Assembly: GCA_012295275.1 (NCBI GenBank)
Contig: CM022665.1
Coordinates: 18,848,001-18,912,000 of the forward strand
Length of the DNA: 64,000 bases
Source: Chrysomallon squamiferum
Lineage: Eukaryota > Animalia > Mollusca
Reading direction: 5' to 3'
Shown here: in pieces, positions 1 through 13,968 of the stretch
How positions within the stretch are numbered: position 1 is the stretch's first letter
How the letters are laid out: each line of letters starts with the position of its first letter
The notes under the pieces: generated by a model
Databases searched by the model: none
What the model was told of the DNA's origin: nothing
The model's input: the letters and a program-made list of their open reading frames with translations, nothing else
Made by a program: the position numbers and the translations under genes

Positions 1-1090
1 GCCCGGTGAATCTGAGGTGACACCAGAATATTTCTTTGGACTGTGGTACAATTTCTGTGCTGACTTCAAAGACTTGTGGAAAAATGAACAACAGCGAATA
101 ATTAAACAAAGGTAAACGGAGTGAAATAGTATTTATACTTGAAATCAAGAGTTTTTTGGTTCATCTAGATAGAAGTAACAGAACATGATAAAAATAATAA
201 AATAAAAAAATTTAAGCTTGTTTGGTGTGATTCAAATGTCTAGGTTGAAAAAATTAAGTGTTTACAGCTGTTCTGTTTATAGTTCATGATCAGTTTTTCT
301 AATGTAATTAAAATAGAATATTTCCAAGGTGCTGGTTGATTTTTGAATCATTGTGTGTTCCAACATTTCTGCATTTCTTTATTTGCTATTTATTATTTTA
401 TATAAAAAATAAAATGATTTTAAATTAAAAAAATATATATTGTCAGCTATGCAGTTTAAAAATTTCACAGAAAAAATATAATCATTAACTGTCCATATAG
501 AACCTGTACATTATTTTTCCAACCAGTAACAGATTAATCCATGATTTAACATAAGAGTACATGAATCTACTTCTAGATATATTTGAAAAGTAGGTACATT
601 TTGTTAACAGCAGTGTTGTTTTGGATTTAGGTTGAAAAAGGCTGAAACCCATGTGAAGAAAATTATTCAGTCAAAGAAAATCAGGAATATACCAAGTCGA
701 CCTATCAGACCTGGAGGCCTGGTGAGAATAATTTAAAATTCTACCACTATGCTGTGATATTTTTGTGCAATAAAATGACTGCATAATCGCCTATGTGCAA
801 ATACTGTAAAAGACTGAGTATCAGTATATTAAATTGGATATAATTGGTTAAGTCTTTAGAAGTGACATATTCTTGAAGTTAGGATTTAAATTATTTAATA
901 GATATTATTTAATATGTGTGCCTATATTACAATGAAAGAAGACTAACAGCATAATTCTCAATAGTCTGCTTTTAAAACATTTGATGAAAACCGAAAAAAA
1001 GAAAAATAACAGCATAATTTTTAAAAATTTGTATTTTTCTTGTTACAGAAAGAGAAAATGCTGAAATTAGAAGCTAGATACAATCGCTGA
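1..1090 (+). CDS. FMN: Formin, FMN/Cappuccino subfamily; 3' end only (exons <1-111, 631-721, 1049-1090)
   Basis: Spliced translation: [80 protein letters not shown]. This resembles the end of the FH2 domain of FMN1/FMN2/Capu (P..FF.IW..F..DFKD.WK.E) followed by the basic Spire-interaction tail (GLKxK). Introns 112-630 (phase 2) and 722-1048 (phase 0) are GT-AG and keep the frame. Confidence 0.9.
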
Positions 1091-1152
1091 TTTTTTTATT
1101 TGGTGCTTTTTATCATGGTATGTATTGTTACTATAACACAGCTGAACATGCA

Positions 1153-1330
1153 GGTCTGTAGTTCAGTAGTAGAGCACTCACTAGTGGATAATTAGTTCTC
1201 CATCTCAGTGTGCATGTTGACTTTCTTACCATTCCAGCCATTGTCCTGTAAATTATGTATCTAAAACGTTTCTACTGACACTCCTGTTTAGTGCAAAAAT
1301 ACATCTAAACAATCCTTTACTGTTAATATG
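1153..1330 (+). mobile_element. Degenerate tRNA-derived SINE-like remnant in the formin 3' region
   Basis: tRNA A-box-like head (tgtagttcagtagtagagcactc) followed by 'ttccagccattg' and a decayed core resembling the remnants at 27.1, 29.8, 30.8 and 50.7 kb. Confidence 0.35.
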
Positions 1331-2240
1331 TTTTTTAATATATTTGTAAATTACTTGTAATAATCTGTATTTTTATTAATGATGTATTAAAAGGCAAATT
1401 TCGTCCATTTTTATCTATAATTTTATAATTAATTAATTAAAATGTTCTGTATTTGTTAATGTTTTTTTCATTTATTTTTGGAGAGGTTTTCAGTTGCCTT
1501 TTTAACCCAAACTAATCTGTTCATTATAAACAGAGTATTTCTTTCACAATCGTTCCATTAATCTTTAGTTTCTCACAGGCATTGTTCAACAAATATTTTC
1601 AGATCTTTAAGCAGGGGTTAAATGTTTCTATTTATGTATTATATAAATGATTGAAATTTTTACTTTACTACTTTACTAATTTATAATAACTAATGAAAAT
1701 GACATGCTTTATTTGTATATAATTTTTTTGTTTATTCAGTGGAGCTGTTGTCACAAAGAAATAAAATTAGACACTCATAGAAGAAGACAGAGAAGTGACT
1801 TTTTACACTGCTAGTAAAACAAGATTTTGTACAGCCAGAGCTATGCATGATCTTTACTTTGGTTGTGTTTTATACGTTTAATATGCAAGTAGTTAATGAG
1901 TGATAATGACAGACTGACAAACTATGCAGTATGCTACCTCTAGATGTGTTAGTCTTCACCAGCCAAAATTTTTGTTGTAGATGATTTAAGTTATAGTAGA
2001 AACAAAATGAGAAGTGTTGGAATACACCAGTTACAATTTATTTCAAAGTAGACAGAGCTGTGATTTGAAAATGTTGGCTTATACTTCTTTATTTTGAAAA
2101 TAAGAGCTTATTTAGAACTGATAATCTGAATAGAAATTAAACTGATTTAAAAAAAAAAGAAAAAAGACTACCACTTATTTTTAATATTATTGCCTTTTTA
2201 TTTGTAAAATCAAATTTTGACAGTATCCAATTTATGTCTG

Positions 2241-2299
<59 letters not shown>
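2241..2299. repeat. (TC)n(AC)n microsatellite
   Basis: Direct dinucleotide runs. Confidence 0.95.
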
Positions 2300-2303
<4 letters not shown>

Positions 2304-2913
2304 GCTATATAGGCATAAACCTGATATTGTAATAAATATTTTATTAACTTTTTACACACTGCCAAAACAATACTAATTAAAAGCTGATCAGAGAAACATA
2401 GATTGTATTATGGCAGGTAGACAGAGTGGAATGTTAGTGCAGTTTGTGTAATCAAAGAGTGGATGAGTTAGTTTACTCTCACACTGTGTGACTGCAATAA
2501 CAGTGTTACAACATTTTATCAGCTGAAACAAGGCCACTGGTGTTAAAATGCCCAGGAGACTGGCTAGCTGACCCCATTACAAAACTATCTGACTGGCTTG
2601 ATGTGACCAGATGTGTGATTAGTGCTGTAAGTGAAAGCTAATTTGGCCAATTAGTGTGAGAGAGAGAGAGAGAGGGAGAGAGGAAGGAAAAAGTCTGGAG
2701 CCAGACCTGTCCATATTACAAACACTGATTTGTTTGTTAAGGCTGGTTGTTACTGGTATTATCCTCGGCCAGCACGTAGTTTCATATGTCAGTGTAAATA
2801 TGTCAGAGCTTTTTGTTTTACATTTGATTCTTCTCATGCATGTAATTACATTTATTAACACTTTCTTTTTTTTTCTTTCATTTATACTTTCATTTTTTGT
2901 TTTTTTTGTTTAA

Positions 2914-2963
<50 letters not shown>

Positions 2964-3712
2964 TGGTTGTGAATTTTCTTCTTACTTTAATCCATTTCTT
3001 TTATCTCATGTTAGAAGAAATAATTTTATTAATATTATACTGAGTAAAAAAAATTAGTGTTTAAGAGAATATTTTCTGAAAGTGTTTTAATATGTTGTAG
3101 TCACTGTGTGACCTCCTAAAGACATGGCATTCAAGAATAGCCATGCATTTTCCACCAAAAAAATGCAGTTGTTTTTCATGTTAACAGTTCATATTGAAAT
3201 GTTTCATGACTTCTAACATTCTTGTTTATTTTGGTTTCATCTTAGGACTTCACCCAATGTTTTGTATATATTTCCTTTATTTTTATTTTTTCCACTGATT
3301 GTATTCAGAGTAATATAAAAATAAGTAATGTGTTCATGTTAAAAACACAATTTATTTATTTTTGTGGCAGAAACTTTCTCGTTTTTCCTTTAATTTTAAA
3401 ATGTTTTTCTTTTCTTTTCTTTTTTTTCATATTAAATATTGTTATAATTTTTGAATTATTATTATTTTATTCGTATTTTTATTTATTTTATATTTTTAAT
3501 CTTAAAACTTTTGTACATGTACTTTGTTACCTTGAAAGTTCTGTTTTGATAAACATGTAATATCTCATTCTTGTTACAGCTTCACATTTAACAACTTAGT
3601 GGACATTTCATAGTGAAAATTGTACAAATACATCACAAAAGACCACAAGATTTTAAAATTACATACAGTTCTGTGTCATATACTCCATTTTTTCTCACAT
3701 TTAAATTACACA

Positions 3713-3960
3713 CTGAACCATCCAAATGAACAGTAATTTTGAAACTGAAGTATTTTATTTCCTAACTACTCTTATTGAAAGATCTAAATGAACAATTATA
3801 TTTAAAAATGAAATTTATTTTCTATTATTTTTTACTGAAAGATCCAAATGAACCATCATAATTAAAATTAAAATTTATTTTCTGTTACTTATCTACTCTT
3901 ATTTAAAACTGAAGTTTAGTTTCTATTACTTCCTTATGCTTCACAAAAGATCTGAATTTC
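3713..3960. repeat. Diverged ~60-bp tandem repeat, 3-4 copies
   Basis: Recurring 'gaaagatc(t/c)aaatgaac...aaatttattttct' at about 3720, 3777 and 3837, with a partial copy near 3945. Confidence 0.6.
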
Positions 3961-5137
3961 CACAGCAGAAAGCATGGAAACATTGTCTCACTTTATATAT
4001 TTTGAAAAGATCTCTCTATTTTATATTCTGTTAACAAATTAGCTAATACTCATGCCAAATCCATTGACATTTTGGTTAGATTATTGTTTTAATAACATCA
4101 CTAGGTCCAGGGATCAAATCCAAATTGGCTTCTGCACAGAACTGTAAAAGAGTTACAAACTAGCTATTTCCTCTTCTTCTTTTTTTCTTTTTTTAAACGA
4201 ATAATAACATACTAACATACTAACACATTCCTGAGCTGTTAACCCATACTTTAGGATTACATGTTCCAGGAATTATGTGCGTGAACCACATTTCAGATGG
4301 CAGATTGATTTATGCCTTTCTTTTTTCTGCTTTCTTTCTTATATTGTTTATTGTTTATTATTATTATTATTGTTATTATTATTACCAGTAATTGTGATAT
4401 TGCATATAATTTTGGTCTGTTTTATTCTCTATTTTTGTACATGTTTATTTATGCATTTATTTATACATTCCTTTTTGCAGCATGCATAAAGAAACGTAAC
4501 TGAAATTTAAACACATTTCATTCCACTGCATTGTTTTCATGTTAAAATCAGAATATGATGTGTTGATAAAGATACTGTTTATTGAACTTTGTAAAAAGTT
4601 CACATCTGATAAAAAGCCTTTTTTTTTATCTTTGAAAATTGTTTTATACACATGTATATGTATGTATGTTGTTGTTGGGCTACTGTTATTAACTTTATGA
4701 GGGATGATGATGATGATGATTGTTTGTTACTATTATTGATTTGTACATATACCTCTATACTTAAATTTCTGCACAAATTAATCAAATTATACAGAAACTT
4801 AAATATCTTTGTCCATGGATTTTTAAACAAAATTTTTATAGATATTATTATATTTATCATTCAATTTTTAGTGGTTATTGTTTTTTGGCTTGCATTTTTC
4901 TCTTTTCCAGAATAGTCTATATGAAACTAATATGATAATTTCACAAAAAAAATAGAAATAAAAATTATATATATATATATGAGAGCAATAATAATGATGA
5001 TAATAACAATATAAAAAAAGAAGTTATATAAAATTTTATATATTAATCATGTGCAAATAATCATTGAAATGTACATACACATGTATAACAGTACTGTAGT
5101 GAACATTTAAATGTAGAAAGTTTAATGAAATATGGAC

Positions 5138-5483
5138 AAGCTGTTGTTGTACTGCAGATTTAATTAAATGAACATCACTGTTATATAACAAGTTTAACGA
5201 AATCTGTCAAACTGCAACATGACACAAAGTGGGCACATGTTGGTTTAATACAAAATTTTATTACATTGTAATGTAATGTTGTAGTATTGTACATCATGAT
5301 TAAATACTGTAATTCTGGAGCTTTAACTGGGCACATGGTTGTAATAATATAGATTTGAGGATATGTATTACCAGTACATTTTTATATATATGTATATAAA
5401 ATTGTATTGATAATTTTCAACATATATCAAGCTGTGCTATTGCAGTTCTAGTTAATTGTAACCAACAAGATGTAATACTGCAG

Positions 5484-5517
<34 letters not shown>

Positions 5518-5695
5518 GCCACAATATTGCAACCTATTTTAAATGTACCATTGCAGCTTGTATTAAATGTACATTGAACTGTAATATTACAGCTTCAGTT
5601 AAGTATGCATCTTAAGCTGATATATAACTGTATTAAGCAGTAATATTGCAGCTTTTGTTAAAAACAATGAGCTGTAATATTGTAGCTTTGTTGAA
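5138..5695. repeat. Degenerate array of a palindromic AGCTGTAATATTGCAGCT-like motif
   Basis: Copies at about 5138, 5429, 5467, 5516, 5541, 5576, 5635 and 5669. Confidence 0.6.
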
Positions 5696-5781
5696 ATAGA
5701 TATCAAAGTGCTGGTCTCTTTATGAATGATTTTCATTCACTGCATCTGTCTTTTGAAAAACATTTATTTACTAAATTTTAC

Positions 5782-5841
5782 AATAAAAATAATGTTTATA
5801 TTTGCTTGTGTATGTTGTTTTGGTTTGTTTTGTGGCAGTAG

Positions 5842-5924
<83 letters not shown>

Positions 5925-5938
5925 CATAAATCAATAAA
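5782..5938 (+). terminator. Candidate formin polyadenylation signals (AATAAA at 5782 and 5933)
   Basis: AATAAA hexamers located where the CpG-depleted domain ends. AATAAA is common in DNA this AT-rich, so the evidence is weak. Confidence 0.3.
5844..5919. repeat. (TC)n microsatellite
   Basis: Direct dinucleotide run. Confidence 0.95.
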
Positions 5939-7218
5939 TCTGCAAGATGTAAATTTTAGTTTTGTATCTACAAAAAATTATAAAAGTCGTGAAACATTTC
6001 GTTATTTATTGTTCAATAATATTCACAGAAGACATGAAATCGTCTCTCAGATTGACCTCTGAGCTTGTTCAGTGATCCCTGAGGCTGTGTAATGTGCAGT
6101 TTATTGGTTGTTTGGCTAATTCAGTTGCACAAATTAGCATATCCAAGACACCTGCCATGATATCGTAAACCAAGCAGATAAAAAGTTAAAGAAGATAAAA
6201 TTAATTGTAACCTTTGAGTAAATTTTACTTGTACATTTTATTATATAATTTGTGTTCTTTCTTATTTTGTTTCTAATGAAACAAAACAAATTTGTTGGTG
6301 TGAGCTTCATAGACAGAACAGTGACTGCAAAAGTAACAAATTTTATTTGTATGGGCTAATTAAAAACTGAAGATTCTGAATAAATATACATTAAGGAAAA
6401 GAAAAAAAAAAATGTATATTTTTTTTAAATTAATTTAACTATTATATCTTCTAAAGTGCTGGGTTATATAAATTGTGTTAATGAATGTTAATTTTGTTCA
6501 TGTCGCAGTTTTATTTTATCAGGAAAGTACTGACATTTTTTTATTTATTTTTTTATTTTTTTTATTTTATGTTTTAAATGTATATGTATGTTGTTGTATA
6601 AATAATGAATTGTCTGTTTTAGGGAAAAAAATGTTTTAGAATTAGACAATATCCTCAGTCCATTCTCACCAACGAGAATTCCCCTTACCCCACCCGTTGT
6701 ACTTACTGTTACTGCCACCCTGGTTCTTTTAGCTTCATTCATGAGTTGTGAGCAAGGTATGAAGCGGAACACTTTGCCTTGGGATCACTGTGAGAAATGT
6801 GACATTTTGTAATAGATTGATTAATATAGTGAACGTGTCCTTTGTTTCAAATTTAAATCTCGGTGTTAATACCTGACAGGGCCAGGTGTGACAAACACGC
6901 AATCGTGTATTTGATTTGTCTCACCTGAGTAACTGCGAGTTTTATTGCAAGTAATTTGACAGAATATTAATCCAAAAAAGAAGGTTTTATGAAATGTTTT
7001 GACATGTTAAATATTATCTAGTAGCACTGCTTAAAAAGTTACTTTGTTTATTTTTTATTTTTATTTTTTTGTAAAAAAAAAAAAAAAAAATAACAACAAC
7101 AATAATAGTAATGCATGCATTATTTTTAAGGTTACTGATATTTTTATAACCAAAAAGTAAAATAAAATCGCGATCAAGTTAATGTCCATTGAACATAGAT
7201 ACACACGTATTTAAACAC

Positions 7219-7262
<44 letters not shown>

Positions 7263-10200
7263 TATACAAACAAACCAAGCACGCAGCTTTTTTATTTTAA
7301 AAACTTTCTTCTTGCTCAACAACATTAATAATAAAAATAACAATAAATAAATAAATCCACATCAAAATAAAAACACGCCCATTAAAATGACGATATAAAA
7401 AATAGATATACATATATATATCCCTTACCTTCAAAACAAATAACTGTATCAAACTATGATATCTGTCCTATCAAATATTGCGCCGATTAACAACCTATGT
7501 GACTTTATTAAGTGCATAGACGCCTCGGAACAATAACTCGACGATTTCTCCAGCGGTGGCCACCCCAAGACGGTTTAAAGTGCTGTGATATAAAGTGATT
7601 ATTAACTCGATATTGCCGGCAATTATCTGGATCTGCGAGATATCTCATTAAATGACATTCTCGCACGCGAGACTCCATTTTTCTCGTGTGTAATGAGGCC
7701 CGATAAATCAGCTATGGGGGAAGGATGGCACAGGCAACCCCAGTGCTAACCTCATACGTCACAATGGAAAAATTTAGGTCTGATATCTCTTGGAGGTAGA
7801 TTTTTATTGTCATTCTCTCTTCTCTAAGTTCCAGTGGTGGCCTCCATGTGTCTCCTGCATCGACCAAAGCAAAGAAAAAATACATTCTTTATATAAAAAT
7901 TATGTTTATCCATATGGAGATAATTAATGCTGACGTTCCTAAAGTGAAAAATATTTTAACACACGATCAGGATTTGGACGATCAATTTAATCTGTTCTGA
8001 CCATCCTAATTCTGAATCGGAATTAAACTGTCGTTAACGCTGCTAACAAAAATCATTACTTCCAGTTGAGATAAACGTTTGGCGTTTCTAGGATAATTTC
8101 AGAGAATACTCAGCTTCTGATATTTCCGTTATCTAAAGGCTTCTGTAACAGAGGTATTCCTGTTTTACAGTGACTAATGAAATAATTAAATAGTTAATGA
8201 AATAATTAGCTCCGCCGGTCTTTGTATAGATCTGCAGCCATAAATCTAATGATAACAAAGTGTTAAAAAATGTCCTTCATTATTGTATGATTTTAAACAT
8301 ACACACCGCAAAGGTCTGTCGTAACAACACTGAATTATAGTTAATCAGACTGAATAGTCTTTTCATACTCAAATTAAAGAAGAATTCTTTCAGTATTCTA
8401 CCAATGGTGATTAGTTAGAGCATTAAGACGTCCAAAGTAAAGTTATATAGTTAATATCTTCTTTCTTTTTGATGAAGGTTTACGGTGTGAAATAATCTAA
8501 ATTTAATATATTTTTTTTTTTCTTTCAAAATAAATGACAATGATGGGACGTTAGCCATTTTATACAGGATCTTTGCTAAAAACGTTGTTGAGATGTCCAA
8601 ACTGACTGTACGTTTCAACAATAAATTAGAAGCAAGGGATAAAAAAAATCAGAAACAATATACGATAATGCTAATCTAAAATAACTGTTTTCGAATACTA
8701 CTATCTATTATGTAATTAATATGCCTTATATGTTTTCCATCTTCTTTTAATGTGACTTAAATTAGTGACTGAACCTATTCTAAGTCTCCAGAAGTTATTG
8801 TAATGAACAAAAATGTATCGTGTTTTATGTAATCTTTCTAAAAGATAAAACTGAAGTGCAATTTAGAGGGATTTTTAAATGGTTTCAAAATATTTTATAA
8901 ACTTGTGATTTGTTGTTTTAGTGACAGTATGATACAGAAACTTTGGGAAGTGAATGTCACTGGATTTGTGTAATTATAAATATTTTGTTGTCATGTTGTG
9001 TGAGCACTTTGTGTTTTCTGTATCAGTTGCCTATATGGGGTTTGTTTATTAAAAAGATTTACTCGGTCTTTTTTCTTTCTTTTCTATTTTTCACATTTCT
9101 ATTTACGAAATTATATCAACATAAAATGGGGACATCTGAACCTCCAACATCATCAGCAGGCTGTTCTGTTACTGTCGTAATTTATTATTACCAAACAAAG
9201 TAGGTAAAGAGAAACAAAACAGTAACTTGACAGTATGTACCATGAATTAAAGGTTAACGCACCTGTCACTAAAGATAGATTTAAAATATTAAATACAAGA
9301 TACAAAAACAGTCTATTTCATTGATTTATTTATCGACTTTCAGTGTAACAACACGAAACAGAACGATATATACTAACATAAATATAATACCAATAAAGTA
9401 GCCAATAAAAAGGCTAATGTAATCAAGATAAATGCACAACCACATCCTTGTTACAGCCATTTGTATGTCACGTACTCCTCAGAGTCCATGCCTTTTATTG
9501 ATCTTTTTGATCTACTTTTAACACCACACCCAGAACTGTTCCAAACGTCATCTACCTTACGACAGAATAACTGTAATAAAATGTAAGCAAAAAAATAAAT
9601 ATTTGAAAATTTAAAAGACACTTTTGCATTGCAAGTGACAGCGTTGATAATTTTTTACTTAGCATTTTTATTTTGTTTTATTTTATTTTATTTATTTATT
9701 ATTTTGCTTTAATATCACCTATAGATTAAATGTACAACGTCCCATGAAATTATCTTAAGAAAACAAGCAAAACAAGAACTGTCATGCTTATTTCACTTAA
9801 TGTTTGTGAATTAAAGATATCCTGTAACTAACAAACAAATGACCTATAAATACACACTGTATCTTACCAGTTATTGTTTTATTTGTAGCTAGCGATCAAT
9901 CTTTGCCTAAAAGGAAGTATATTGTAAAAGTATATGTATTCGTGAAATTACACGAGTGTTAATCTTTTCAACTGCAGACATGACGTCATTTCGTATAGAG
10001 AAAACTAATATAGCGACGTTTATTTATTTATGAAATAAATACTCTGTCTACTTTATTATTAGCAAAGAATGGTTGACATAAACAGATAAAACAATAATTG
10101 TGTAGTATATAAGATGCAATTAGACCTTTGTTTTTAACCTTGGAGGCATACTTTTAAGCCAACAAACCATTGAAATGTCGATCCTCATATAATATATATG

Positions 10201-12000
10201 TTTCCATAACTTAAATATCTTAAAGACCCACTTTCATTATATTATTTTCAAGTATCCATTTGTATTTTAACAAATGTGCTAGTAAACATTTCGGGTGTCA
10301 TTCGGAACAGTATAATCTGAATGGTATACATTATTTTCTTGCAAACGTCGCTGTATGTAAAACGATACCGCACAGCGTCCGTGTATTTCTCTAACTATAT
10401 ACAGATATATATATATGATCAAACAAGATTTACTTACATTTCTATCAATAAATACACGAAATATAAACATCATCGAGTAATAATATCTAACAGTTTTCAA
10501 TTTATCTTGCTAAGAAATATTACAATTTTAAAGTAAGAGGTGTTTCAGAAATAATCATAACAAATCTCAGGAATTTCGCCTAGCATTTAAGCCAAATAAA
10601 CTAATTTTATTTTATTTTAATTTATTTTATTTTATTTATTTATTATATATTTTTTTTCTAGATTCAACTGATTGGTTTTATTTATATAAAGGTTTATCAC
10701 AGAGAAGAAAGAATATTTCAGGACATCTAGAGTTAATTTCAAAGATTGGATAATCTCTTCCACAAATACAATTCGCATACAAACGTTAAAAAAGGAAAAA
10801 CAGTTCACGTTTTACCTCTTTCATTGAAAAATATTAAGAATAAAACATTATCTAAAAAGCCACAGTTTTATGTTTTCTTTCTATTTTTAATCATGATCAT
10901 CTACGGAACTCCTCTCTAGGGGATCTGAACTTTCTACGTGTTTCACAGGTTAAAGATTACGAACTTTACAAATAACTATACCAACAAGTTGTATCACACT
11001 ACGTAAAATAAATAATAAAGTTGAAATGCTCGTTTTTCAACATTTCTCATTTTAACATAAAGAGTTAAAAAAAAAAAAAAAAAAAATATTAAGTACATTA
11101 AAACAACTTGCAGACGAAGAAGAATATAAAAGAATAACAAGTTCGTGTAGCATCAGTGCTTTAGAAACAACAATAATCTTCGCACCGATCGTATTGCTTT
11201 AATATCATCGTTTTTTTCCAGAGAGTGTCCCTTTAATTCTAGCCTCTTCACCGAGACTGTGGAAACGCATGTCATTGGGTTTGTGTAATCTGAACAAATC
11301 TTGCCGTCTGCTGTTATGAAGACTTCGCGCTCACTGTGTCAGTGTCTTCTGTGTGTGTGGGCAACGAGGATCAACGAAGGACAAAGCATCTAGCGATACA
11401 AGGCTAATCCGAGTCTCTCGTTTCAATACAACAGTCGTAGGAAATCGCCGTATTAAGAAGGCTACACGTTGTTATAACAAGAGCTGGAATTGTCTCCGCA
11501 TAGTTTGATAAGTATGCAGTGATATATCTCATTACATTTATAAGCCACACTTGACTCCGTATTCAGTTTATACCCTATCTGAATGGCGGCAATGGCTCGC
11601 TCGAGCCCTTTTTGGCGCCAAACAGTGAACTAGCGTCATTATAGCTCTTATTTATTAGCCGCCGAAACGTACTATAAGACATTAAGATGGCGTCGGTTGC
11701 TACTACAAGTAGTGAGACGCAACCACGGGCGCCAAGTCGTATAACTTGTGTCTTCAAGGTAAACACAGAACATAGATTGACGATCATGCTAATTGCAATC
11801 CCTCGCCTGCGTCTGCAGATTCCTGGCAAAAATACAACAAAAAGTTTGAAACTGCTATTTCCTTAGAAAATGTCAATAACTTTCGTCAACACATAAACCC
11901 TGAGATTCCTTGTAATGTTTGATATGCATCAACTAAATCCTTAAAAAAAAAAAAAATGTATTACTTTTTCGTTTATTTTTGTTTTTATTTTACAAAAGTT

Positions 12001-12549
12001 TTATGGATATCCAACATTCTGTGCCATACACCGACATTTCTTAATACCTTGTACCCGTTTTCTTTTGAATCTCATTCCTTTTTTTCCAGGACACTTAAGC
12101 GTCACCAAAATCCACCGAAAATGTCTTGGTTTGCAGAATCCACAGGACATAAACGCCGCTGGTCTGTCGTCCTTTTTGTCCGATTTTGGAATAAAGAACG
12201 AATTACACTGACCATAGCAGAAATTGTTGAGAACTGTTGTACGCAAACAACCTTTTTCCTTAATTACTTGTTTCAGCGGCTGAGTTTTACACCATTCTTT
12301 TCGAAGGTAAGTTTTTTTCGTGATAACAACCGCATTTCGACTGCCGCGAATTACCGATCTATGGCGTCTGCCACCAAAGTTGTGAACAACTGACTTTGTC
12401 GACGTTGTGGAATTCAGCGGGAGTTTCGGAACGTTGGCTTGTCTGTTACGATGATGCCTTCTTTTGCCATCCGTGAAACCAGGAACCAAAGCGAAGACAA
12501 CTAGTAGAGCTAGCACCCAATGACCTACTGATCGCCAGTTAATCCACAT
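12001..12549 (-). CDS. GREM: Gremlin, secreted DAN-family cystine-knot BMP antagonist, 182 aa, whole ORF in one exon
   Basis: Signal peptide MWINWRSVGHWVLALLVVFALVPGFTDG, then a DAN domain with 9 Cys and gremlin-type motifs YLRKEWCKTQPLKQVI..GC, NNFCYGQCNSFFIP, FMSCGFCKP, VTLKCP, KKCRC. A splice acceptor (ttctttcag) lies 1 nt before the ATG at 12549. The ORF-track extension to 12738 is intronic microsatellite. Confidence 0.95.
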   Translation of the reverse strand: MWINWRSVGHWVLALLVVFALVPGFTDGKRRHHRNRQANVPKLPLNSTTSTKSVVHNFGGRRHRSVIRGSRNAVVITKKTYLRKEWCKTQPLKQVIKEKGCLRTTVLNNFCYGQCNSFFIPKSDKKDDRPAAFMSCGFCKPRHFRWILVTLKCPGKKGMRFKRKRVQGIKKCRCMAQNVGYP

Positions 12550-12593
12550 GCTGAAAGAAGAGAGAAATATTGTATTATAATTAAGCACGTATA

Positions 12594-12702
<109 letters not shown>

Positions 12703-13088
12703 CTGAAAACAATAGAGCATTATCATCTGTGGACTCAAAACAAATAATAATAAAATATAAAAATACAGGTAGCGCCTGCCCTCACTGTTAACTGATAACC
12801 GACAGTTTTTCTATTCCTTATAATACAATTAAAATTTATCTTAAAAGTTGTCTCCACCACAAATGTCAGTGTCCCCTTGTTTCTGAAATCCTGCATCCGC
12901 CCCTTATTATAAGTAAGATTACAATAAATTCACGCAGCACCATTTGGCTTCGGTAAGACACTTAAAATATCTCTTCGATAAAAGAAATATAACTGGCTTC
13001 ATTTTTTTTTTTTTTTTTTAACTTACCTAAACAAAATCCCAAATTACAGAAATTTCCATTAATTTTATTACGACGAGTAAGAATGGTG

Positions 13089-13123
<35 letters not shown>

Positions 13124-13968
13124 CCGTATAGGATCAAACAAAATACAGTAGTATTACTATGGCAAAGATGCTTAGAACTATTTGACAGTACTAATCACCG
13201 CCGCCTATCCAGCCTTCTAGCTACACCTACTAACATCCAACCTTGTATGACAGTCCAGTCTCGCAGAGAATGGTTTTACACTGTGATGTGTTGCTCAACT
13301 AACTAACGCTAACTAGCACTGCAAGACACTATATTGACGTTTTTGTGATGACGAGCTCCTGTACAATATAATGTATCACTCAAGCCCCCGAGTCATCAAG
13401 TCATGATAGGTTTATGGAATAATCTAATACCCGACGAAAACATTTTAACAAGTTGAGGTACGTTAACAAAAAGAAAATATATTAATAATCGAACAGCAGA
13501 GAGCAATTTAGTTTAATTTAATTTATAATAATAATAGTAACGATAACATTAACAATAACAATAACAATGACAACAACAACAACAATAACAATAATAACAG
13601 GTTAATTAATTATATTTCCCATGTTAAAAAAACCTAAATATATATTCTAGCAGTCGGAGCATAATTCACTAAATGTTTGATTAATTTAATTATCATGTTT
13701 ACTTTCTTAATGTTTTACCTTTCATATATATTTATATATATATACACACACACATATATGCATACATATAAATTCATTGTACACTAAAGACATTTTATAA
13801 TTACTTCTTTATAATACATGTATTTATATATTTTAAGTACATTTAAAAAAAATTATTATTATTTATTATTTATAATTTATTATTATTATTATTAAAGTAT
13901 TAATTACCAGCAACTACCTTTTTTCATTACATGATAACATATACGAAACAACTACCTTAATACCTTAC

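Noticed and set aside
11956-12393. 145-aa ORF on the + strand
   Set aside because: Antisense shadow of gremlin with no recognisable motif.
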